Sequence record: DRR723986_4199
Direction: 5' to 3' (one strand)
DNA: 20,000 nucleotides
Under the pieces are notes generated by a model. That model was not told the origin of the DNA. It ran no database searches and saw only the letters and a program-made list of their open reading frames with translations. A program made the translations under genes and the position numbers. Shown here piece by piece: positions 7,262-15,066 of this stretch; positions within the stretch are counted from its first letter, which is position 1; each line of letters begins with the position of its first letter.

Positions 7262-9037
7262 TTATTCGGTAATTTTCATGTTCAGCAGCACTTGGGCCAT
7301 GCCCTTGCCCAGTGGATCATTTCTCATGGAGGTCATTCCCCCGCCGTCCAGTGCTTCTTTCATAACGAGATTAAAGGCTTGAACTTGAGGTAACTCGAAA
7401 GTGTGAACCTCACCTTTTACCAGGTGCGCCAGGTAGTTTTTTACGTTCTCGGGGCGCAGTAAATGCCGCAACAATGGCCAATATTCAGGCTTTCTGGCCA
7501 CGATACCCACGTTGCTGGTATCCCCTTTGTCACCGCTTCGGCCATGCGCGATTTCAATCAAGGGTTTGCCCAACAACTCACCGGGTATCGAGATGTTGTC
7601 CAATGACTTTTCGGCGCTGTGAGGGATATCGGCGCTGGGTTTGGGATGTTCTGGCTCTTGGTATCCAATGCTTTCTCCGCCCAACTTCACCACTGCGGTT
7701 TGCATGTGTTTGGGCACAAAGCAGCTGAACATTTTTACCAAGGGGGTTACATTGGGGCGTCCCATGCCAAAGTTGCCGCTGGTCCCAGGCGCATAGCTGG
7801 TGCCTGCCGGGGCAATTTCACGAGAGAAAATTGCTGCAGCTTTTTTGTCGCTGTGCGTAATTGCGATGCGCATCATGGCTTCGTGACCCAACTGCACCTG
7901 TGCATGTGGGCCCAAATCGGTTTCACTGCCAATGATTTCGATGGATGTGCGGGTGTAGTCTGCCAAACCCTGTCGCTTGAACATGGCGCGTGTCCGTTCC
8001 AGAATTGCTTCGCCTGTGCGCCTTGCCTTGGCCTGCGCATCAAACCCCACAATCGACAGCATGCCGATACACCGAAAACCTTCAGGGTAAGTGGCACACA
8101 CCTTGTATTGGTCACTGGGAGCTTTGCCAGTCGCCCCATCAATCCGTACCCGGCTCGGGCCAGTTTCTTCAATATTCACCGTGGTGAAATCGCACACCAC
8201 ATCGGGCAGGGCATAGTTGGCCGGGTCATGAATTTCATAAAGCAACTGCTCGGTGGCCACTGCTTTGTTCACCAATCCGCCTGTACCTTCCGGTTTGCTT
8301 AATTCAAAGCTGCCATCTGCAGCCACTTCAACAATCGGGTAACCAATGTTGGCCCAGTCGGGCACTCGTTGCCAGTCTGTGAACAGCCCGCCGGTGGCTT
8401 GCGCGCCACACTCCACAATGTGACCTGCCAGGCTGCCCTGCGCCAGTTGGCCCAGGTCTGTGGTTTGCCACCTGTATTCATGCACCAAAGCACCCAACAC
8501 CATGGCACTGTCAACCACGCGACCGGTAATCACAATGTCAGCGCCTGCATCCAGTGCAGCAGCTATGGGAAAAGCGCCCAGGTAGGCATTGGCCGTCAGG
8601 AAAAATGGCGGCGCAGCCTGGCCTGAATGCTGGTCTCGCAATTCAACGCCATCCTTGCGCAGTTGGCCAAGTGTAATTGTCGCGTCATCGCCGCTGACTA
8701 CACCAATTCGAATGGTGTGGCCTGCTTCAGTCATTGCCTGTTGCAAGGCGGCCGCACAACCCGCAGGGTTCAGACCACCTGCATTGGCAATAATCTTGAT
8801 GCCTTTGGATTTGGCCGCGGGCAGGGCTCTCTTCATCAGGTCAATGAAGTCGAGTGCGTAACCATGTTCCGGGTTTTTTATCCGCATGCCCGCCATGATG
8901 GCCAGGGTCAGTTCCGCAAGGTAATCGTAGGTGATGTACTGAATTCCCGGCACCTTGAGCAGTTGTTCCGTACCCAAACTGCTGTCGCCCCAAAAGCCGC
9001 AGGCGCCGCCGATTTTAATCGATTGTGGAATTGGCAT
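7262..9037 (-). CDS. atuA: Acyclic terpene utilisation AtuA-family protein (DUF1446)
   Basis: IGGACGFWGDS, YDYLAELT, NAGGLNP, ANAYLGAFPI..AL..GADIVITGRVVDS, GHIVECGAQATGG, EQLLYEIHDP and C-terminal AHGRSGDKGD...DPLGKG. Confidence 0.88.
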   Translation of the reverse strand: MPIPQSIKIGGACGFWGDSSLGTEQLLKVPGIQYITYDYLAELTLAIMAGMRIKNPEHGYALDFIDLMKRALPAAKSKGIKIIANAGGLNPAGCAAALQQAMTEAGHTIRIGVVSGDDATITLGQLRKDGVELRDQHSGQAAPPFFLTANAYLGAFPIAAALDAGADIVITGRVVDSAMVLGALVHEYRWQTTDLGQLAQGSLAGHIVECGAQATGGLFTDWQRVPDWANIGYPIVEVAADGSFELSKPEGTGGLVNKAVATEQLLYEIHDPANYALPDVVCDFTTVNIEETGPSRVRIDGATGKAPSDQYKVCATYPEGFRCIGMLSIVGFDAQAKARRTGEAILERTRAMFKRQGLADYTRTSIEIIGSETDLGPHAQVQLGHEAMMRIAITHSDKKAAAIFSREIAPAGTSYAPGTSGNFGMGRPNVTPLVKMFSCFVPKHMQTAVVKLGGESIGYQEPEHPKPSADIPHSAEKSLDNISIPGELLGKPLIEIAHGRSGDKGDTSNVGIVARKPEYWPLLRHLLRPENVKNYLAHLVKGEVHTFELPQVQAFNLVMKEALDGGGMTSMRNDPLGKGMAQVLLNMKITE

Positions 9038-9071
9038 GTCTAGTTGGCCTGTCGATGATTTTCAAAGAAAC

Positions 9072-9101
9072 ATCATAACAAAGCCGCTTGTTCCAGATCA
9101 A
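9072..9101 (-). promoter_or_regulatory. Putative sigma70 promoter of atuA
   Basis: Minus strand reads TTGATC (9101-9096), 18 nt, TATGAT (9077-9072), with an extended -10 TG. Confidence 0.55.
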
Positions 9102-9115
9102 ACGTTTGTTTGAAT
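9098..9115. promoter_or_regulatory. Palindromic operator (TetR/PsrA-like), copy 2
   Basis: TCAAACGTTTGTTTGAAT is 17/18 identical to 4977-4994 and overlaps the putative atuA -35. Confidence 0.7.
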
Positions 9116-9131
9116 ACGAGCCTGTGTCTGC

Positions 9132-9554
9132 TCAGCTTTTGTAACTTGACAGATGGATACTCGTCTCGGTGTTGCTAATCCCTTTGATGAGTCGAATTCG
9201 TTCCAAGATTCCTGAGAGCCCCGTGAGGTTTTCTGCCTGCAACTCAACCAGCAAGTCCCAACGTCCATTGGTGCTGTGAATGGCGGTTACCCCAGGTTCC
9301 CCGAGCAGCTTCGCCAGTACGGTGCGGCTGTCATTGCCTTCAATCAAGATACTCATCCAGGCGACAATCAGATTGGGTGTTGTATCGGGCCGCAATTTGA
9401 CACTGTAGCCCACGATCACGCCGGAGCTCTCCAGCTTGTTGATTCGATTGGTCACTGTGCCGCGTGACACTTTCAGATGATGTGCCAATGCCGCGATGCT
9501 TAACCTGGCATTGGTGCGAAGCAGCCCCAAAAGTTGGTGATCTAAAGCATCCAT
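9132..9554 (-). CDS. Lrp/AsnC-family transcriptional regulator
   Basis: MDALDHQLLGLLRTNARLSIAALA...VSRGTVTNRINKLESSGVIVGY HTH, plus RAM domain HSTNGRWDLLVEL. Start at ATG 9554. Confidence 0.92.
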   Translation of the reverse strand: MDALDHQLLGLLRTNARLSIAALAHHLKVSRGTVTNRINKLESSGVIVGYSVKLRPDTTPNLIVAWMSILIEGNDSRTVLAKLLGEPGVTAIHSTNGRWDLLVELQAENLTGLSGILERIRLIKGISNTETSIHLSSYKS

Positions 9555-9691
9555 GCTATCGAAGTGTAGGTTGATGCTGTCATTGTGCAAGAAAATTGCC
9601 ATTTTGTAAGCAAATTGTGTGCTTTTGATTGCCTTCACTGGGCAGCACAATGGTATTTCTACTCGCAATTCAGCAGGTGAGGGGGTATGCG

Positions 9692-10720
9692 ATGCGCACC
9701 TTATTCCTGAGCGCGCAAGGCGCGGCAACACTGATTTCACGGACTGGTCTGGCCCACTGTATTCGGGGAATGGTTAACGAGATTGATCACGATTTCAAGC
9801 GCTGGGAACAGTTTGACAAGTCGGCGCGCCTGGCGAGTCATTCTGCACAGGGCGTGATTGAAATCATGCCAATCAGTGATGGACAAACCTATGGTTTTAA
9901 GTACGTCAACGGGCATCCCAACAATCACCGGCATGAATTGCCCACGGTCATGGCCTTTGGTGTTCTCGCTCGTGTAGAAACCGGCCTGCCGGAGTTTGTC
10001 AGTGAATTGACGTTGATCACCGCGTTGCGCACTGCAGCGACTTCTGCACTGGCAGCGCAGCACTTGGCCAACCCAGCGGTGCGCAGCATGGCGCTGATTG
10101 GCAATGGTGCCCAAAGCGAGTTTCAGGCCGTTGCGTTTCAAGAGCTGCTCGGCATTGACACGTTTTATTTGTACGACACCGATCTTTCGGCCACTGAAAA
10201 ACTGGCCAATCATTTGAATGAACTCGGCTTGAAGACTATATTGTGCAAAAGTGTCCCGGAAGCTGTACGTGAGGTTGACGTGATCACCACTGCCACAGCC
10301 GCAAAAACTCATGCCAGCGTGTTGACCAAAAACATGCTCAGGCCAGGCGTTCACATCAATGCCATCGGCGGCGACTGCCCCGGCAAAACCGAGCTTGACC
10401 CCGATATTCTTCGCGATGCCCGCGTATTTGTTGAATATGAACCGCAAACACGGATTGAGGGGGAGATCCAGCAAATGCCCAAGGATTTTCCAGTGACGGA
10501 GTTGTGGGAAGTGCTGACCGGTTTCGCGCTTGGGCGCACAGCGCTCGATCAAATCACTGTGTTTGACTCGGTGGGTTTTGCACTCGAGGATTTTTCCGCG
10601 ATGCGCTACATGCACCGGTTGGCGCTTGCACAGGGTGAGCTTGAATTACTGTCGTTGATCCCTGAACTGCCGGATCCCAAGAACTTGTACAGTTGGTTGA
10701 AACACGGGGAGGTCGCATGA
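9692..10720 (+). CDS. ocd: Ornithine cyclodeaminase
   Basis: FDKSARLASHS..GVIEIMP, FKYVNGHP, LITALRTAATS, IGNGAQSEFQ, NAIGGDCPGKTEL, RIEGEIQQ and VFDSVGFALEDFSA. Confidence 0.93.
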   Translation: MRTLFLSAQGAATLISRTGLAHCIRGMVNEIDHDFKRWEQFDKSARLASHSAQGVIEIMPISDGQTYGFKYVNGHPNNHRHELPTVMAFGVLARVETGLPEFVSELTLITALRTAATSALAAQHLANPAVRSMALIGNGAQSEFQAVAFQELLGIDTFYLYDTDLSATEKLANHLNELGLKTILCKSVPEAVREVDVITTATAAKTHASVLTKNMLRPGVHINAIGGDCPGKTELDPDILRDARVFVEYEPQTRIEGEIQQMPKDFPVTELWEVLTGFALGRTALDQITVFDSVGFALEDFSAMRYMHRLALAQGELELLSLIPELPDPKNLYSWLKHGEVA

Positions 10721-11655
10721 TTTCACTGATCGGTGCCCCGTGCGACGCCGGCGCAAATATGGCCGGTGCTGCGCTGGGGCCTTGTGCACTGAGGCATGCA
10801 GGTGTTCAGCAAGGTTTGCAAAAAATCGGTTGCAAAGTGATTGACCGCGGCGATCTGAAAATACTGACATCTGAACCGCATGTCGAGTTGCAGGGGTATC
10901 GGAATTTCCATGAGGTACTGGCATGGAATCGGGCAGTGTTTGCCGCAGTGGCCGACGCATTGAATGTTGGCGATATTCCCGTATTGCTGGGTGGCGATCA
11001 TTCGCTGGCCATGGGGTCAATCAGTGCGGTGGCATCGAATTGCCAACGTCAGAACAAAGAACTGCGCGTGTTGTGGCTGGATGCGCATGCAGACTTCAAT
11101 ACGGCCAATACTTCCATCACCGGCAATATGCATGGCATGCCATTGACCGCGCTGTGCGGTCAGGGACCTTCTGAGTTGACCGAGCTTGCCGGGTTTGCCC
11201 CAGCCTTGCGCGCTTCTCAAATTCGATTGTTGGGTGTGCGTTCTGTTGATCCCGAGGAGCGCCGCGCGGTTCGCCGTGCGGCTTTGCCCATGCTTACCAT
11301 GCGGCACATACAAGGGCGTGGAATTATTCAGGCCATGAATATTGCACTGAGCGACATTGAGCCGGGTACACATTTGCACGTGAGTTTCGATGTGGATTGC
11401 CTTGACCCCTTGGTGTTACCCGGCGTGAGTACCCCGGAAGACGGTGGCTTGCAGCTCGATTCGCTTCGATATTGCATGGCGCGCATTGCTCAAACCGGTT
11501 GTGTCGGGTCGGTCGATCTGGTTGAGTTAAACCCTGCCGCAGATCCCACTGGCAGCAGTGCGCAGCGTGCAGTGGAGTTGCTGACAGTTCTTCTGAATCC
11601 GCATTGGGAGCGGCATGTGCAGCGTTCGTTTGATTGGGCTGAACATGCAGGCTGA
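10717..11655 (+). CDS. rocF: Arginase
   Basis: Mn-binding motifs GGDHS, WLDAHADFNT, GNMHGMP, SFDVDCLDP and ELNP. ATGA overlap with the ocd stop at 10717-10720. Confidence 0.92.
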   Translation: MISLIGAPCDAGANMAGAALGPCALRHAGVQQGLQKIGCKVIDRGDLKILTSEPHVELQGYRNFHEVLAWNRAVFAAVADALNVGDIPVLLGGDHSLAMGSISAVASNCQRQNKELRVLWLDAHADFNTANTSITGNMHGMPLTALCGQGPSELTELAGFAPALRASQIRLLGVRSVDPEERRAVRRAALPMLTMRHIQGRGIIQAMNIALSDIEPGTHLHVSFDVDCLDPLVLPGVSTPEDGGLQLDSLRYCMARIAQTGCVGSVDLVELNPAADPTGSSAQRAVELLTVLLNPHWERHVQRSFDWAEHAG

Positions 11656-14600
11656 GCTGGACCGTTTGCGCACTGAAATAGATGCACTGACTCGGGTGGA
11701 TGAAACACAGCGAGTGCGCAACCTGCTTGAACAATGCGATTGGCCTGACACCGGGTTTGATGTCATCAAACAGGCCGCACTCGGGCATGTAAAGCGATTA
11801 CACGAGGTGCAAAAGCTCCGTGCAGGCGTCCACCAGTGGATGGCGGAGTATCGCTTGTCCACCCAGGAGGGCGTTGCGCTGATGTGTCTTGCCGAGGCTC
11901 TGTTGCGAATTCCGGATACCCAAACACGCGATGATTTGATTCGCGACAAATTAAGCCATGCGAATTGGGCGGCTCATTTGGGGAACAGCACCTCCCTGTT
12001 TGTGAATGCAGGCACCTGGGGTTTGTTCATGGCTGGTCATTGGATTCAAATTCCCGATGGCGATACCCTGTACTCCACCCTGCGGCGCTTGATCGCACGC
12101 AGCAGCGAAGGCCTGGTGCGTGCTGCGGTGGAACAGGCAGTGAAACTCATGGGGCAGCAGTTTGTTGCCGCCCAAACCATTGAGGAGGCCTTGCGCAACA
12201 GCCGTGAGAAATCCTCGCAGGGCTTTACCCATTCCTTCGACATGCTGGGTGAAGCCGCTTTGTGTGAAGCGGACGCGCAGGCTTACTTCAGCAGCTACTT
12301 GCATGCAATCCATGTGATTGGGCAAAGTAACTCCAAAGGCGTAATCGATGGTCACGGTATTTCTGTGAAGTTGTCGGCATTGCATCCGCGATATACCGTG
12401 TGGCAAGAACAACGTGTGCAAGCCGAACTCTACCCGCGGCTGTACACACTGGCACTTTCAGCCAGGCAGCACAACATTGCCTTCAATGTGGATGCAGAGG
12501 AAAGCGAGCGTCTGGAATTATCACTCGACCTGTTCGCACGCTTGGCCTTCGAGCCTGAATTAAAGCGCTGGAATGGTCTTGGGTTGGCGGTTCAGGCCTA
12601 TCAAACCCGAGCGACCGCGGTGGTTCGGTTTATTGCTGCACTGGCACGCGCCAGTGAACGGGTTATCCAGGTTCGATTGGTCAAAGGTGCATATTGGGAC
12701 AGTGAAATCAAGCGTTGCCAAATACAAGGTTTGGCACATTTCCCGGTGTTTACCCAGAAGGTTCACACCGATCTTTCGTACCTGTGTTGCGCGCAGCTGA
12801 TGTTGCGCAATGCCAATTTCATTTACCCACAATTTGCCACCCACAACGCCCACACCTACGCCGCTGTTCAGCACATGGCCGAGCAACTGAATGTTCGGCA
12901 GTTCGAGATGCAGTGTTTGCATGGCATGGGTGAGGGGCTTTACAGCTGTGCCAGGATTTATGCGCCTGTGGGCACTCACCAAACATTGCTTCCCTACCTG
13001 GTGCGCCGTTTGCTGGAAAATGGTGCCAACACCTCCTTCGTAAACCAGATGGTGGATCCGAATGTGGACGTGAATGAACTGCTGGAACACCCGGTTCTCA
13101 CCTTGCGTAGGCATGGCGTTCAAAGCAACCCAGCCTGCGTACCTGCACCGAATTTGTTTGGTGCCAATCGCCTGAACTCAAGCGGGCTTGATTTGTATTG
13201 CAAACGCACTGTGCAGCAACTGCATCTAGCCGTGGGTAGCGGAACCTTTAAGGATTTGAAACCCTTGGCTTACAGCACACATGGGCAGGTGCAATCCGCA
13301 TTGGGTGTTGCTTTTCGATCGCGCAGCACGGGTAGCGACTGGTTTGAGAAAGGGCCAGCACACTGGGCGGCTGTCTTGTTGCAAGCAGCGGAGCTGCTTG
13401 AGAGTCATCACCTTCAATTGATTAACCTGCTGGTTCACGAAGCCAGAAAAACCATCCCAAATGCTCACATGGAAGTGCGCGAGGCCGTTGATTTTTGCCG
13501 CTACTATGCAGCCCAGGCTTCCAACTTGCTTGCATCGCAATCCAAATCAACATCGCGCCTTGCGGTGTGCATCAGCCCCTGGAATTTTCCTTTGGCCATT
13601 TTTGTGGGGCAGGTGGTGGGTGCACTGGCCAGTGGGCACGTGGTGGTTGCCAAGCCCGCCGAGCAAACGCCGCACATTGCATCTCATGCAGCAACGCTGT
13701 TGCATAAGGCAGGCGTGCCTGTTGAGGTGTTGCAGCTGGTCTATGGCGATTGGGAAGTGGGTGCATGGCTATGCAGTTATCCAGCAGTGGATACCGTCTT
13801 GTTCACGGGTTCCAATGCGGCGGCCAAGCACATTCAAGCCAGTTTGTTGAATCGTGACTGCTTGCAAAGCCCCGCCTTGCTGATTGCTGAAACAGGCGGA
13901 CAAAATGCCATGGTTGTTGACTCATCGGCATTGCTTGAACAAGTGGTTGGGGATGCGCTTGAATCGGCTTTTGGAAGTGCGGGGCAGCGTTGCTCGGCAC
14001 TGCGGGTGCTGTGTGTGCAAGAGGACATCGCCGACAGCCTCATCGCGCTGCTAAAAGCCGCAATGCAGGAACTTCAGGTGGGCGATCCTGCATTGTTTTC
14101 CACTGATCTTGGACCCCTGATTGATCGAGATGCATGGCAAGCAGTGAATGCTCATATTGAGAACATGAACGCAAATGGATGTCCTGTGTTCCGGGCGGAG
14201 CGTGTGAATCTTCCCGTCGCAGGTCACTTTGTGGTGCCGACCTTGATCGAACTACAGCACTTGAATGAACTGCAGCAAGAGGTGTTTGGCCCGGTATTGC
14301 ATGTCTTGCGTTTCAAGGCCAACCAATTGCCTGCCTTGCTTCACGAATTGAATGCCACCGGATATGCCCTTACTTTTGGCATTCACAGCCGCATTCAATC
14401 CACCATCGATCTGGTTTGCAACACCACGCAAGCCGGCAACGTGTATGTGAACCGAAACATGGTAGGTGCTGTGGTGGGTAGCCAGCCATTTGGTGGGCAT
14501 GGCAAGTCGGGAACCGGCCCCAAAGCCGGTGGCCCACATTATTTGCCTACCTTGATGCGCCTGCCTCAGCTTAAGAATATGCAGGACCACGAATTGCCCG

Positions 14601-15025
14601 GCCCCACAGGTGAACAAAACCTTTACCGATGTCGACCCCGTGGCCGGGTTTGGTGTACGGCAAAGGACCTTGCTTTGCTTGAACAACAAATTGACGCAGT
14701 GCTGGCCACCGGGAATGTGCCGGTTTGTGAACTCGCAGACGATGACCGAAACCTGCACTTGATCGTGAATGCCGAGGTGTTGTCTGAAATCGATCTTGGC
14801 AATATCAACCTGGTAATTTGTCACCCGGAAAACACAGAAATCGTGAAAAGGGTGTGCAATCGCCTGGCCAAGCACCCCGGATCAATCATTCCTCTGGTGT
14901 TGGGCGATGAGCATGGTGTTTATCCAGATTACAGGCTGGTTTGTGAGCAGGTGCTGTCAATCAACACCGCAGCCATCGGTGGTAACTTGACGCTGCTTGC
15001 AGATGATCATCAGGGGTCGCATTAA
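11645..15025 (+). CDS. putA: Bifunctional proline dehydrogenase / glutamate-5-semialdehyde (P5C) dehydrogenase
   Basis: PRODH motifs SFDMLGE, SVKLSALHPRY, DAEE, VRLVKGAYWD, QFATHN, LVRRLLENGAN. ALDH motifs SPWNFP, KPAEQTP, FTGS, ETGGQN, AGQRCSA, EVFGP, PFGG. The start overlaps the end of the arginase gene. Confidence 0.93.
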   Translation: MQAELDRLRTEIDALTRVDETQRVRNLLEQCDWPDTGFDVIKQAALGHVKRLHEVQKLRAGVHQWMAEYRLSTQEGVALMCLAEALLRIPDTQTRDDLIRDKLSHANWAAHLGNSTSLFVNAGTWGLFMAGHWIQIPDGDTLYSTLRRLIARSSEGLVRAAVEQAVKLMGQQFVAAQTIEEALRNSREKSSQGFTHSFDMLGEAALCEADAQAYFSSYLHAIHVIGQSNSKGVIDGHGISVKLSALHPRYTVWQEQRVQAELYPRLYTLALSARQHNIAFNVDAEESERLELSLDLFARLAFEPELKRWNGLGLAVQAYQTRATAVVRFIAALARASERVIQVRLVKGAYWDSEIKRCQIQGLAHFPVFTQKVHTDLSYLCCAQLMLRNANFIYPQFATHNAHTYAAVQHMAEQLNVRQFEMQCLHGMGEGLYSCARIYAPVGTHQTLLPYLVRRLLENGANTSFVNQMVDPNVDVNELLEHPVLTLRRHGVQSNPACVPAPNLFGANRLNSSGLDLYCKRTVQQLHLAVGSGTFKDLKPLAYSTHGQVQSALGVAFRSRSTGSDWFEKGPAHWAAVLLQAAELLESHHLQLINLLVHEARKTIPNAHMEVREAVDFCRYYAAQASNLLASQSKSTSRLAVCISPWNFPLAIFVGQVVGALASGHVVVAKPAEQTPHIASHAATLLHKAGVPVEVLQLVYGDWEVGAWLCSYPAVDTVLFTGSNAAAKHIQASLLNRDCLQSPALLIAETGGQNAMVVDSSALLEQVVGDALESAFGSAGQRCSALRVLCVQEDIADSLIALLKAAMQELQVGDPALFSTDLGPLIDRDAWQAVNAHIENMNANGCPVFRAERVNLPVAGHFVVPTLIELQHLNELQQEVFGPVLHVLRFKANQLPALLHELNATGYALTFGIHSRIQSTIDLVCNTTQAGNVYVNRNMVGAVVGSQPFGGHGKSGTGPKAGGPHYLPTLMRLPQLKNMQDHELPGPTGEQNLYRCRPRGRVWCTAKDLALLEQQIDAVLATGNVPVCELADDDRNLHLIVNAEVLSEIDLGNINLVICHPENTEIVKRVCNRLAKHPGSIIPLVLGDEHGVYPDYRLVCEQVLSINTAAIGGNLTLLADDHQGSH

Positions 15026-15066
15026 CCATGGCACAATCGGGAACCGGATCATCAATGCAGTAAAAC

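Noticed and set aside
7619..8302. 227-aa + strand ORF and other ORFs inside atuA
   Set aside because: Antisense shadows of a well-supported gene.
9555..9740. N-terminal extensions of Lrp (from 9740) and Ocd (from 9629)
   Set aside because: They would overlap each other across the divergent promoter. Family homology begins at 9554 and 9692.
9737..10615. 292-aa antisense ORF
   Set aside because: It lies wholly opposite ocd and has no recognisable motifs; a shadow ORF.
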